Source of the DNA: a virus
Reading direction: 5' to 3' (one strand)
Length of the DNA stretch: 64,000 nt
Virus record (IMG/VR): IMGVR_UViG_3300047470_000295
Span: 1-64,000 of that record
Below, one piece after another: positions 7,310-17,017 of this stretch. The notes under the pieces are model-generated. The model saw only the letters and a list, made by a program, of their open reading frames with translations. It was not told the DNA's origin and did not search any database. The first letter of the stretch is position 1; every line of letters begins with the position of its first letter. The position numbers and the translations under genes are program-made.

Positions 7310-10300
7310 GTGCCCGCAATCTCTGTCGGCTCCGTCGAGGTCGACGTTCTGCCTAGTGCCCGGGGGATTCGGGGCCGCCTGCAGGCGGCCCTCGTCCCGC
7401 CGGCCACGCAGGTCGGCGACGAGATTGGCCGCATCATCGGTCAGCGTCTTGCCGCCCAGATCGCGCCGGCCATCCGTGATGGCATCAACAACGGCGCTGC
7501 TGCGGCGAAGCCGGCGGCGACGCGGCAGGGCTCTGAGACTGGTGGCGCTTTCGCACGCTCGCTGCGGGCGAAGCTCACTGAGGCGTTCCGCAGCATGCCC
7601 AAGCTGGACGTCAAGCTTGGCGATACGGGCGTGGACGCCGACCTTGCCCGCCTGAGGGCGAAGCTGGAGTCCCTGTCCGGCAAGACGGTCGGTGTCGACA
7701 TCGACGCGGCGACGGCGCGCGCGCAGGCGGCGGACATCGAGGAGCGGCTGCGTCGTATCGGCGCAGCTCACCCGAACGTCGCGGTGCGGGCCGACACGGC
7801 ACGGGCTATCGCCCAGTTGCAGGCTCTGCAGGCGCAGATCGACGAGGTGTCGGCTGACCCGCTTCGGATCCGCATGGAGACGGACGGTCAACTCGGCACC
7901 CGCCTGCGGGCTGCTGTCGCGCAGGCCGAGGCCTCCCTTCCGAACATCAACATCGGTGCGGACACGACTCCGGCCGAGGTGGAGATCGCTCGCCTTCGGG
8001 CACAGTTGACGTCCCTGCGTGACGCTCGGGTCGGTGTCGACATCGACGCCGACACCGCACTGGCTCGAATCACTGAGATCCAGGCGCGCCTCGCACGCCT
8101 GTCATCGCAGAACGCGAACGTCGGCGTCCGTGTCGATGCCGGGGCGGCTGCCGCCCAGCTGGCCGCATTCCAGGCTGCAGTGAACCGGCTCGACGGCCAG
8201 ACCGCCCGCGTGGACGTCGATACGACGTCTGCCGTGTCCGGCATGCAGGTGCTGATCACGACGGCGATCGCTTTCGGACCGGCCATCATTCCGGCACTGC
8301 CGGTGGTGGCCGCCGGCCTAGGCGCCGTGGCTGCGGCCGGTGTCGCTGCTGCTGCTGGAATCGGCTCGATCGCTCTTGTGGCCGTGCCCGCCTTCAAGGG
8401 CATCGGGTCGGCCCTGACGGCGCAGAAGGCTGCGCAGGATGCGGCGACGAACGCCACCTACAAGGGTGGCCAGGCCTCGTCGCAGGGTGCGTCAAAGGCG
8501 CTGCAACTGGCTGGCGCACAGCAGTCCCTGGCGACCGCTCAGCGCAACGCGGCACGTCAGATCTCTGACGCCGAGCGTGGCGTGAGTGACGCTTCTCGGG
8601 CTGCAGCAAAGGCGAACGCTCAGGCCGCGGCCCAGGTGAAGCAGGCTCGCGTCTCTCTGGCGGACGCGTATGCGGCGGCTGCGGACCGCATGCAGCAGGC
8701 GAACCAGGCGGTCAACCGTGCCGAGCGTGACCTCGCTCAGGCGCAGAAGAGCTCTCGCCAGGCTCAACTGGATCTGACGGCGGCCCGCGCTGAGGCGTCA
8801 CGGCAGCTGCAGGATCTGAACAACCAGCTGAAGGACTCGCAGCTCAGCGAGCGGGACGCCGAGATCGCCTTGAAGGAGGCGACCGCCGCGCGCAACGCGG
8901 TGATGAACAACCCCAACGCGTCCGACCTCGACAAGCAGAAGGCGCTCCTCGCCTACGACCAGGCGGTGCAGCGGCTCAACGAACAACGCCTGGAGACCAA
9001 GCGTCTCCAGGCAGACACGAAGGCCGCGAACAAGGCCGGCGTCGAGGGATCGGCGACGGTCAAGTCAGCGCAGGAGCAGGTCGCAGCAGCGCAGCAGGCG
9101 GTCATCGACAAGACCGCTGACCTGAAGGCTGCGCAGGCTGACGTCACGAAGACGCAGATCGAGAACACCCGGTCGATCGCGGACGCGCAGGCGAAGCTTT
9201 CGGAGGCGCAGAAGAACGTCTCGGAGGCGCAGCGGCAGGGCGCGGAGAACATTGCGCGCGCTCAGGAGCGGGTCGTGCAGGCGCAGCAGTCGGGCGCGGA
9301 CTCGATCGCCTCGGCGCAGCGGCAGATCGCGTCGGCGTCGATGTCGGCGGCCGGTGGGATCGACCAGGCGGCTATCGCTCAGGCCAAGTACCAGGCGGAG
9401 CTGGCGAAGCTCACTCCCGCCGCCCGAGGCACCCTCAACGCGTTCGTCGCGCTGCGGTCGGCGTTCGGCGACTGGTCGAAGTCTCTGCAACCGCAGGTCA
9501 TGCCCATCTTCACGCGGGCGCTGGTGTCGCTGCGGAACACGCTGCCGACCTTGACGCCGTTCGTGAGGGGCGCCGTCACGGCGATCACGGAGTTGCAGGA
9601 CCGGGCCTCGCGGTCGGTGAAGTCGCCGTTCTGGCAGGGCTTCAAGAAGGACTTGCAGGGCAACGTGACGCCCGCGATCGTCGGCCTCGGCGTCGCGATC
9701 GGCCACCTGATCAAGGGCATGGCCGGGATCATCGACGCCTTCCTGCCGCACATGGACAGCATCTCGACGCGGATGCAGCGCATCACCAAGCGGTTCGCCG
9801 ACTGGGGTGCCAACCTCAAGGGCTCGCCCGAGTTCGAGCGGTTCCTGACGTTCGCGTCGGACAAGGCCCCGCTTCTGGGGGATGCGCTCGGCAAGATCGC
9901 GAACGCGTTCCTCCAGGTCGGCGAGGCGCTGTCGCCTCTGTCCGGCCCGCTACTGCAGATCCTCGGCGGGATCGCCAACGCCATCGCGATCGTCGCGGAC
10001 AAGGCGCCGTGGTTCATCCTGTTGATCTACGGGATCGTCGTGGCGATGCGTCTGTGGACGATCGCCCAGTGGGCGTTCAACGCAGCCGCCGCAGCGAACC
10101 CTTACACGCTGATCGTGATCGGGATCCTCGCCCTGATCGCTGCCGTGGTCTACGCCTACAACCGGTTCGGCTGGTTCCGTGCCGGCGTCCAAGCTGTCTG
10201 GGACTGGCTGAAGACGGCATCCCTGTACCTGTGGAACACGGTGCTGAAGCCGGTCTTCACGGCCATCGGCAACGTCGTCGTCTGGCTGTGGACGTACATC

Positions 10301-12244
10301 ATCAAGCCGTACATCGGCTTCATCATCGCGTACTTCAAGGGCGTCGCCAGCGTGGCGATGTGGATCTGGACGAACGCGATCCAGCCTGCCTTCAACTTCA
10401 TCGCGGCGGCGGCGAAGATCCTGTTCACGGCGCTGGTCGTGATCGTCCTTCTCCCGATCATCGCGACGTTCAAGATCCTGGCCGCGACTGGGATGTGGCT
10501 GTGGAACAACGCGATCAAGCCAGCCTTCCAGGGCATCGCCACGGTCGCCCTCTGGCTGTGGAAGAACGTCTTCCAGCCGACGTTCCAGCAGATCGGCGAC
10601 AAGGCCAAGTGGCTCTGGGCGAATGCGATCAAGCCCGCATGGGACGGCATCAAGTCCGGCGCGAAGATCATGTGGGAGAACGTGCTCCGGCCGCTCTTCA
10701 ACGCCTTCGTGCTCGGACTGAAGACCGTCGGCAAGTGGGGCGTCTGGCTGTGGAAGAACGCCCTGAAGCCTGCCTGGGACGGGATTGTCCTCGTCTCCAA
10801 GTACGCCTGGGACAAGGGCATCAAGCCGGTCTTCAACGGCATCAAGACCGCGGTCGGCAAGGTCGCGGACGCATTCAAGATGGCGAAGGACGCCATCAAG
10901 CTCGCCTGGGACAAGATCAAGGGAATCGCGAAGGCGCCCGTCCAGTACGTCGTCGACGTCGTCTACAACAACGGCATCCGCGGCGTCTGGAACAAGGTCG
11001 CCAGCGCGTTCGGGGCACCGAAGCTCGGCAAGTTCAGCTTCGCCTCCGGCGGCATCATGCCTGGCTACACGCCCGGCAAGGACGTCCACAAGTTCGTCTC
11101 GCCCACCGGTGGCGCGCTCGAACTGTCGGGTGGCGAGGCCATCATGCGGCCCGAGTTCACCCGCGCTGTCGGCTCCGGGTTCATCAACACGCTCAACTCG
11201 ATCGCCTCCACCAGGGGTGCGACAGGCGTGAAGTCGGCTCTGGCGCCGGTGTTCGGCGGCAGCGCACCGATGAGCACGGACATGTCCTCGCGGTACGCAA
11301 CCGGCGGCATCGTCCAGAAGTTCGCGGACGGCGGCATCTTCGGGTGGATCAAGTCGGCCGGTTCGGCGCTGAAGGGTGCCGGGTCGGACGCCTGGAACAA
11401 CATCAAGAAGGGTGCCTCCTGGCTGACCGACAGCCTGGAATCGTCAGCGCGGGCGGGCGTCAAGAACGTCGTCAACCCGCTCCTGTCCAAGTTCCCGGGC
11501 ATGGACACCGGGTTCGGCAAGCTGATCCGGAAGATCCCCGACAAGATCATTGACGCCCTGTTCGGTTACAGCAAGAAGGCCGACAGCAAGGGCGCCGGTG
11601 GGATCGGCGGACCACGGATCGCGGCAGGACTGAAGTGGGCGAAGACGCAGGCTGGCCTGCCCTACCAGTGGGCCGGTAACGGCAACCCCTCGTGGGACTG
11701 CTCGGGCTTCATGTCGGCGATCGAGTCCGTCATCCGAGGTCAGAAACCGCACCGCCGGTGGGCGACCGGGGCCTTCAGCGGGAAGACGGCCCCGCCCGGC
11801 TGGGTCTACCACGGCAACAGCCCATTCAAGATCGGCATCACCAACGCCGGCGTCGGCCACACGGCGGGAACGATCGCCAAGACCAACGTCGAATCGAGGG
11901 GCGGTGCTGGTGTCGTTGTGGGCTCCCGGGCCCGCGGCTACAACGACCGCCTGTTCGGCTCGTGGTACGGCTTCAAGCCCGGTACCTACGACGCCGGCGG
12001 CTACATTCCGCCCGGCCTCAACCTCGTCAACAACGGTACGGGCAGGCCCGAACCGGTGTTCACGACGGCGCAGGCCAACGCGCTCACCTCCATGGCGGCG
12101 CGCGGCAGCTCGTCAGGCCCGTCGAGCTTCGAAGGCAACCTCTATCTCGACTCCGGCGAGTGGCTAGGCCGGGTTCGCGGTGAGGCATCGGCCGTCATGC
12201 GGGAGGGCCAAGAGGCCCTGATCCAGGTACTCAACGCGAGCTGA
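7310..12244 (+). CDS. tape measure protein with internal transmembrane/W-repeat region and C-terminal NlpC/P60-like peptidase domain
   Basis: 1644 aa from a GTG after GGGGAGG. Long Ala/Gln coiled-coil N-half, hydrophobic segments, and PYQWAGNGNPSWDCSGF...GHTAG (Cys-His peptidase motif) near 11.62-11.96 kb. Confidence 0.9.
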   Translation: MPAISVGSVEVDVLPSARGIRGRLQAALVPPATQVGDEIGRIIGQRLAAQIAPAIRDGINNGAAAAKPAATRQGSETGGAFARSLRAKLTEAFRSMPKLDVKLGDTGVDADLARLRAKLESLSGKTVGVDIDAATARAQAADIEERLRRIGAAHPNVAVRADTARAIAQLQALQAQIDEVSADPLRIRMETDGQLGTRLRAAVAQAEASLPNINIGADTTPAEVEIARLRAQLTSLRDARVGVDIDADTALARITEIQARLARLSSQNANVGVRVDAGAAAAQLAAFQAAVNRLDGQTARVDVDTTSAVSGMQVLITTAIAFGPAIIPALPVVAAGLGAVAAAGVAAAAGIGSIALVAVPAFKGIGSALTAQKAAQDAATNATYKGGQASSQGASKALQLAGAQQSLATAQRNAARQISDAERGVSDASRAAAKANAQAAAQVKQARVSLADAYAAAADRMQQANQAVNRAERDLAQAQKSSRQAQLDLTAARAEASRQLQDLNNQLKDSQLSERDAEIALKEATAARNAVMNNPNASDLDKQKALLAYDQAVQRLNEQRLETKRLQADTKAANKAGVEGSATVKSAQEQVAAAQQAVIDKTADLKAAQADVTKTQIENTRSIADAQAKLSEAQKNVSEAQRQGAENIARAQERVVQAQQSGADSIASAQRQIASASMSAAGGIDQAAIAQAKYQAELAKLTPAARGTLNAFVALRSAFGDWSKSLQPQVMPIFTRALVSLRNTLPTLTPFVRGAVTAITELQDRASRSVKSPFWQGFKKDLQGNVTPAIVGLGVAIGHLIKGMAGIIDAFLPHMDSISTRMQRITKRFADWGANLKGSPEFERFLTFASDKAPLLGDALGKIANAFLQVGEALSPLSGPLLQILGGIANAIAIVADKAPWFILLIYGIVVAMRLWTIAQWAFNAAAAANPYTLIVIGILALIAAVVYAYNRFGWFRAGVQAVWDWLKTASLYLWNTVLKPVFTAIGNVVVWLWTYIIKPYIGFIIAYFKGVASVAMWIWTNAIQPAFNFIAAAAKILFTALVVIVLLPIIATFKILAATGMWLWNNAIKPAFQGIATVALWLWKNVFQPTFQQIGDKAKWLWANAIKPAWDGIKSGAKIMWENVLRPLFNAFVLGLKTVGKWGVWLWKNALKPAWDGIVLVSKYAWDKGIKPVFNGIKTAVGKVADAFKMAKDAIKLAWDKIKGIAKAPVQYVVDVVYNNGIRGVWNKVASAFGAPKLGKFSFASGGIMPGYTPGKDVHKFVSPTGGALELSGGEAIMRPEFTRAVGSGFINTLNSIASTRGATGVKSALAPVFGGSAPMSTDMSSRYATGGIVQKFADGGIFGWIKSAGSALKGAGSDAWNNIKKGASWLTDSLESSARAGVKNVVNPLLSKFPGMDTGFGKLIRKIPDKIIDALFGYSKKADSKGAGGIGGPRIAAGLKWAKTQAGLPYQWAGNGNPSWDCSGFMSAIESVIRGQKPHRRWATGAFSGKTAPPGWVYHGNSPFKIGITNAGVGHTAGTIAKTNVESRGGAGVVVGSRARGYNDRLFGSWYGFKPGTYDAGGYIPPGLNLVNNGTGRPEPVFTTAQANALTSMAARGSSSGPSSFEGNLYLDSGEWLGRVRGEASAVMREGQEALIQVLNAS
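10195..10925 (+). repeat. tandem protein-level repeats inside the tape measure (about 9 copies of W-[LI]-W-x-N-[AV]-[IL]-[KQ]-P-x-[FW])
   Basis: Copies read directly from the translation: WLWTYIIKPY, WIWTNAIQPAF, WLWNNAIKPAF, WLWKNVFQPTF, WLWANAIKPAW, MWENVLRPLF, WLWKNALKPAW, YAWDKGIKPVF. Confidence 0.7.
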
Positions 12245-12254
12245 GGAGGCCGTC

Positions 12255-14486
12255 TTGGCGATCCCCGGAAACCTCCTCAGCTCGACGACCGAGTCGATCG
12301 ATCCGAACACCTCGGGCTGGACGAGCAAGCTCAACTGCACGATCAGCAAGGGGACGGGCGGGCGTAACGGAGACGGCTGCCTGGTCGTCAAGAGCATCGC
12401 GGCGGGCGAGATCCAGGCCCGCACCGTGTCCTCCTACCCGGTTGTGGGCGGGACCGTCTATCAGGCGTTCTCCGACACGGCCGGGGTGGTCGCCGAGCGC
12501 ATCGGCATCCGCTGGCTGACAGCGGGCGGCACCGAGGTGAGCGTCACCTGGTCGCTCACCACGGCTGCTGCATCATCCGGCTGGCACCGGGTGAGCGTGG
12601 CGGGGGCAGCACCTGCGACAGCAACTCAGGCGCAGGTGCTGCTCTCGTCGACCGAGGTCGGCTCGACGGTCAACCACTACTGGGAGAACGTCTACCTCGG
12701 CCTGCCGATCCGCACGACCGGCAACCTGCTGAACTTCAACACCGAGTCGGCGGAGATCGACGCGACCGGCTGGGCATCCATCACCAACGCCACCATCTCC
12801 CGGCAGGTCCCGGTCGTCTCGTGGGCGGTCGACGCCTACAACGTCGGCGGCCACACCCTCGCCATCGCCGCGACCGCCAACGGCAACGCCTCCGCCCTCG
12901 CGGTGGACCGGCCGACGGTCACACCGGGCACCGAGTACCTGGCCTACGCCTACCTGCAGCCGCCCACCGCAGCGTCGACGACGTGGATCGAACTCCGCTT
13001 CTACGACGGGTCCGGCACGCAGATCGCCGCCCAGAAGTCGACGCTGGCCGCGCCCGGCACCGGCATGTACCGGCAGCGCGCCTCCCTGACTGCGCCGTCG
13101 AACGCGGCGACCTGCTCGGTCGCGGCGGGCGTCGACTCGGCGACCGCCGGGCAGGTTCTCCGCCTGGAGACCGTCGTCGTCACCGCGGCCACGAAGCTCC
13201 AGGCCGGCTCGGTCCTGCCGTATGCCGACACCAGCTTCGAGCAGGGCGTCGCTGGCTGGACGACCACCTCAGGCGTGGCTGTCCTGTCCCGGACGACGCC
13301 GTGGGGTAATGCCTGGTTCGAGGGCGCCTACGCCCTCAACGTGGCGTCGTCCACGGCGACCGCTTCGACGCTGCGCTCGGCGAAGTTCGCCACCCCCGGG
13401 GCGGCGGGCCTCAACTACCGGGTGCAGATCCTCGCGCACGTCGGCGCCGGATCCTGGACCACTGTCGGAATCAGGGTCCGCTGGTACGACGCTGCCAACA
13501 CGGACCTCGGCGCGTCCACAGCCACCCTCTACGCACTCCCGACCAGCAGCTGGTACGCGCTGCCGCACGACGCGACAGCACCGGCGAACGCAACGCAGGC
13601 CGCGATCGAGCTGCTGCCGACAGCGTCCGCCACGTCCAGCGTCATGCACATCGACCAGGTCGTGATGTGGCAGGTGCTGCCGCAGACAGCCGTCCAGGCG
13701 ATCAGCGACAGCGGCTACGTCCAGCTCACCCTGAGGGAACTTCCCCTCGACTGGTACCTCACCGTCAGCCGGATCACCCCCGACGGGGCGCGCGCCCTGG
13801 TCCGGGGCACATCCGGGCTGATCAGCCTCCAGCCCATCACCTCGGACACTCTGGTCATCGAGGACCACGAGGCGCCGATCGGCGTCAGCGTCTACTACCG
13901 CATCGAGATCTACCAGACGCCCAGCTCAGGCGTCTCATCGCGCAGCTCGGGCCGCGTCACCCTGACCCTCGCCGACATCAACGAGGCGTGGCTGAAGGAC
14001 CCGGGCAACCCGCAGCGCAACATGCGGGTCGTGGTGCAGGCTGCACCCGACTGGGAGCAGCCGATCCAGCAGTCCGTGCAGCGCGTGCGGGGCCGGCGCC
14101 GGGCGGTCGTCCTGTCGGGTATCCGCGGCGGCCTGGAAGGCAGCCTCGCCGTCTGGACCCGCTCCGACGAGGAGCGGATCGCGCTCCGAACCCTCCTCAG
14201 CTCCGGCAACACGCTGCTGTGGCAGGCCAATCCGGGCATGGGCGTCGACGACATGTACGTGTCCGTCGCCGGAGTGACCGAGGGCCGCATCGGCGGGCCG
14301 GCGCAAGAGCCGTGGCGGACGTGGACGCTCCCGCTCACCGAGCAGGACATGCCGGTGACGACTGCGGTGAACGGTGCGGCCGGGCGGACCTGGCAGGACG
14401 TCGTCACCGAGTTCGATACCTGCGCGGACCTGCTCGCCGTGTACGCCACCTGCGAAGACCTGCTGCTCGACCGGCGAATGGGGTGA
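12255..14486 (+). CDS. distal tail protein (Dit-like) with three N-terminal carbohydrate-binding-module-like repeats
   Basis: 743 aa directly after the tape measure. Three paralogous ~150-aa segments begin GNLLSSTTESIDPNTSGWTS, GNLLNFNTESAEIDATGWAS and GSVLPYADTSFEQGVAGWTT. The C-terminal ~270 aa is a different domain. Confidence 0.55.
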   Translation: MAIPGNLLSSTTESIDPNTSGWTSKLNCTISKGTGGRNGDGCLVVKSIAAGEIQARTVSSYPVVGGTVYQAFSDTAGVVAERIGIRWLTAGGTEVSVTWSLTTAAASSGWHRVSVAGAAPATATQAQVLLSSTEVGSTVNHYWENVYLGLPIRTTGNLLNFNTESAEIDATGWASITNATISRQVPVVSWAVDAYNVGGHTLAIAATANGNASALAVDRPTVTPGTEYLAYAYLQPPTAASTTWIELRFYDGSGTQIAAQKSTLAAPGTGMYRQRASLTAPSNAATCSVAAGVDSATAGQVLRLETVVVTAATKLQAGSVLPYADTSFEQGVAGWTTTSGVAVLSRTTPWGNAWFEGAYALNVASSTATASTLRSAKFATPGAAGLNYRVQILAHVGAGSWTTVGIRVRWYDAANTDLGASTATLYALPTSSWYALPHDATAPANATQAAIELLPTASATSSVMHIDQVVMWQVLPQTAVQAISDSGYVQLTLRELPLDWYLTVSRITPDGARALVRGTSGLISLQPITSDTLVIEDHEAPIGVSVYYRIEIYQTPSSGVSSRSSGRVTLTLADINEAWLKDPGNPQRNMRVVVQAAPDWEQPIQQSVQRVRGRRRAVVLSGIRGGLEGSLAVWTRSDEERIALRTLLSSGNTLLWQANPGMGVDDMYVSVAGVTEGRIGGPAQEPWRTWTLPLTEQDMPVTTAVNGAAGRTWQDVVTEFDTCADLLAVYATCEDLLLDRRMG

Positions 14487-14489
14487 GCG

Positions 14490-15581
14490 TTGTACCCCGT
14501 CACCGACCGCTTCCTGGCCCGCCTCGCTGAATCCCACCAGGTCGCCACGCGCGTCCAGCTGTTCCTCACGACGGGCCAGGTCGTCGACCTCGACCACACG
14601 GGCGGGTCAGTGACCGTGGACCGCGGGCAGGCGAGCCGACGGACCTGTTCCGTCACCTGCCCCGACCCGGCCCTGATCCCGCGGTCGCCGACGGACCAGC
14701 TCGCCACCTACGGAGCCAGGCTCCGAATCAGCCGCGGCGTCTACTTCGGCGACGGCACCGAAGAACTGGTGCCGCTCGGCCTGTTCCGGCTGGACTCTGT
14801 CGGCGGCGACATCAACGACGGGCCGATCACCCTGACCGGCAAAGACCTGTCGGCGATCATCGCCGACGACAAGTTCACGGCGCCGTTCACGGTGACCGGC
14901 ACGGTCGTCGGCGCCGTTTCCTCGCTGATCCAGCGGAGCATCCCGGACGCGGACATCCTCAGCCTCATCGTCGACGCCCCGATCGGATCCCGGGCGTTCG
15001 ACGTCGAGGCCGATCCGTGGGCTGGGGCGCAGGAGATCGCCGCCTCCGCCGGCGCCGAGGTGTACGCGAACGCCGACGGCGTCTTCGTCATCGCCACCCT
15101 GCCCGAGCTGCTGACGACACCGCCGGTCTGGGCGGTCGAGGCGGCCGAGGGCGGCGTCTACATCTCCGGCAACCGGGCCATGAGCAACGACAACGTCTAC
15201 AACGGCGTCCTCGCCCGCGGGGAGAACACCGCCGACAACATCCCGCCCGTCTCCTACCTGGCCACCGACACCGACGTGAATTCCCCGACGTACTGGGGCG
15301 GTCCGTTCGGTCGGCGGCCGATGTTCTTCAGCTCGTCGACGCTGATGACGCTGGCAGCCTGCACGCAGGCCGCGAACCTGAAACTCGCCCAGTCCAAGGC
15401 CCCGAACGCGTCCGGCGACTTCTCCAGCCTGCCCAACCCGGCGCTGGAGCCGGGCGACGTCCTGCGGGTGATGCACGAGGACGGCACCCGCGAACTCCAC
15501 CAGGTCGCCTCGTTCTCCGTCCCGCTGGATGAGGGCGGCGACTTCCCGATCACGACGATCTCCGCCAAGGAGGACTCGTGA
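14490..15581 (+). CDS. minor tail protein (Tal position; resembles Streptomyces prophage DUF5047-type proteins by recollection)
   Basis: 363 aa with a TTG start 4 nt after the Dit stop. Second gene after the tape measure. Confidence 0.5.
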   Translation: MYPVTDRFLARLAESHQVATRVQLFLTTGQVVDLDHTGGSVTVDRGQASRRTCSVTCPDPALIPRSPTDQLATYGARLRISRGVYFGDGTEELVPLGLFRLDSVGGDINDGPITLTGKDLSAIIADDKFTAPFTVTGTVVGAVSSLIQRSIPDADILSLIVDAPIGSRAFDVEADPWAGAQEIAASAGAEVYANADGVFVIATLPELLTTPPVWAVEAAEGGVYISGNRAMSNDNVYNGVLARGENTADNIPPVSYLATDTDVNSPTYWGGPFGRRPMFFSSSTLMTLAACTQAANLKLAQSKAPNASGDFSSLPNPALEPGDVLRVMHEDGTRELHQVASFSVPLDEGGDFPITTISAKEDS

Positions 15582-16318
15582 CGACGAGCAGCGATCACGC
15601 AATCCGCTCCGCCCTCACCTCGGCCCTGCAAGGCCAGGCGAAACGGGTCGGCGAACAGGCTCCGTCGGTGCGGGGCGCGGACTGGCGCCTCGCCACGGTT
15701 ACCGCGGTCGGCGCCGGCACGGTCACCGCGGACGGCCTCGTCTGGCGCTGCCTGTCTTCCTACGTCAGCCCGACCATCGGGGACGTGGCTGTCGTCAGCC
15801 AGTCCAGCAGCGGCAACCTGATCGCACTGAACCGGCTCGCGACGAGCGCGACCCCCCTGTACACGCCGATCTACCGCTACAAGGCGGCGAACCTCGACCG
15901 CACCACGTCGACCCTCAGCGACGACCCCGACCTGACCGTGCAACTGGACGCAAACGCGGTCTACGAGGTCGAGATGCACCTCCACTACGCGGCCACCGAC
16001 GCGGTCCGCTTCCGCACCGACTGGACTGCACCCTCCGGCGCATCCGGCAACCGCAGCGCCCTCGGCCCCGACCAAGGACAGATCCTGTCCGGCACCTCGT
16101 CGGGCGGCGCCGGACGCTTCGGTGTCCACAACTTCAGCACCGTCTGCATCTACGGCACCCGCGACAGCAACACCAGCCAGTGCGTCGCCATCGAAGAAGC
16201 CACGGTGACCACCACGACGGCCGGCACGTGCGCGCTCCAGTGGGCGCAAGCCACCACCAGCGCAACGTTCACCCGCCTCGCCGCCGGATCGTTCATGCGG
16301 GTCACCCGCATCGGATAG
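15578..16318 (+). CDS. minor tail protein
   Basis: 246 aa, GTGA overlap with the upstream gene, in the tail tip module. Confidence 0.45.
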   Translation: MTTSSDHAIRSALTSALQGQAKRVGEQAPSVRGADWRLATVTAVGAGTVTADGLVWRCLSSYVSPTIGDVAVVSQSSSGNLIALNRLATSATPLYTPIYRYKAANLDRTTSTLSDDPDLTVQLDANAVYEVEMHLHYAATDAVRFRTDWTAPSGASGNRSALGPDQGQILSGTSSGGAGRFGVHNFSTVCIYGTRDSNTSQCVAIEEATVTTTTAGTCALQWAQATTSATFTRLAAGSFMRVTRIG

Positions 16319-16326
16319 GAGACCGC

Positions 16327-16947
16327 ATGTCCACCACCGACGGCTACGGGCAGGGCATCGGTCTCTGGTCGATGACCGACGCCCCGTCGATCCCGGACGC
16401 TATCTCGCTCTTCGCCGCGGGTGTTCTGCCCAGGCTGCGGATGACGTTCGCCTCGGCGTCCGCCCGAGGTGCCACTCTCATCGGATCGTCGGCTCCGGTG
16501 CCCGGCATGATGACGTGGCTGACCGACGTGGGACGCCTCGACGTGTACGACGGCTCGGCCTGGGTCGCCATGTCTGTCGGTACCTCGTCGTGGACGACGA
16601 TCAGCCTCGCCAGCGGGTTCACGCAGAACGGCAACAGCAACGGCAACCTGCAGTACCGCCGGCTGAACATCTCCGGCGAGGACTCTCTGCAGCTGCGCGG
16701 GGCCGTCAATCGGACCTCCTATCCGGCGTCGCCGCCGTCCAGCTACGCCGTGAACGCCACGGCCTTGCCGACCAGCCTCCGCCCGTCAACGCTCCGCACG
16801 GTCGTCGTGCCCTGCTCGGACATCAGCAGCGAGCGCATCACCCTCAAGCTCGACGTGCAGACCGACGGCTACCTGGTGATCTTCGGCATCGGCACTGACG
16901 TGAAGCCGCCGTGGATCGGATTCAACGGCGTCACCGTCTCCCTCTAG
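16327..16947 (+). CDS. minor tail / candidate receptor-binding protein
   Basis: 206 aa from the ATG at 16327 (MSTTDGYGQGIGLW...). The 472-aa track ORF 15529..16947 overlaps the previous gene out of frame upstream of this ATG. Confidence 0.5.
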   Translation: MSTTDGYGQGIGLWSMTDAPSIPDAISLFAAGVLPRLRMTFASASARGATLIGSSAPVPGMMTWLTDVGRLDVYDGSAWVAMSVGTSSWTTISLASGFTQNGNSNGNLQYRRLNISGEDSLQLRGAVNRTSYPASPPSSYAVNATALPTSLRPSTLRTVVVPCSDISSERITLKLDVQTDGYLVIFGIGTDVKPPWIGFNGVTVSL

Positions 16948-17017
16948 CCCCCCCACCGCACTACGCCCGCGCCCACCTCCCGGTAGGGCGCATTTTCATG
17001 CCCTGATTGGGGGTCTC

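Noticed and set aside
15529-16947. Single 472-aa ORF spanning two tail genes
   Set aside because: Its N-terminal 266 codons are an Arg/Pro-rich off-frame read of the 15578..16318 gene. A clean ATG at 16327 starts the real 206-aa product.
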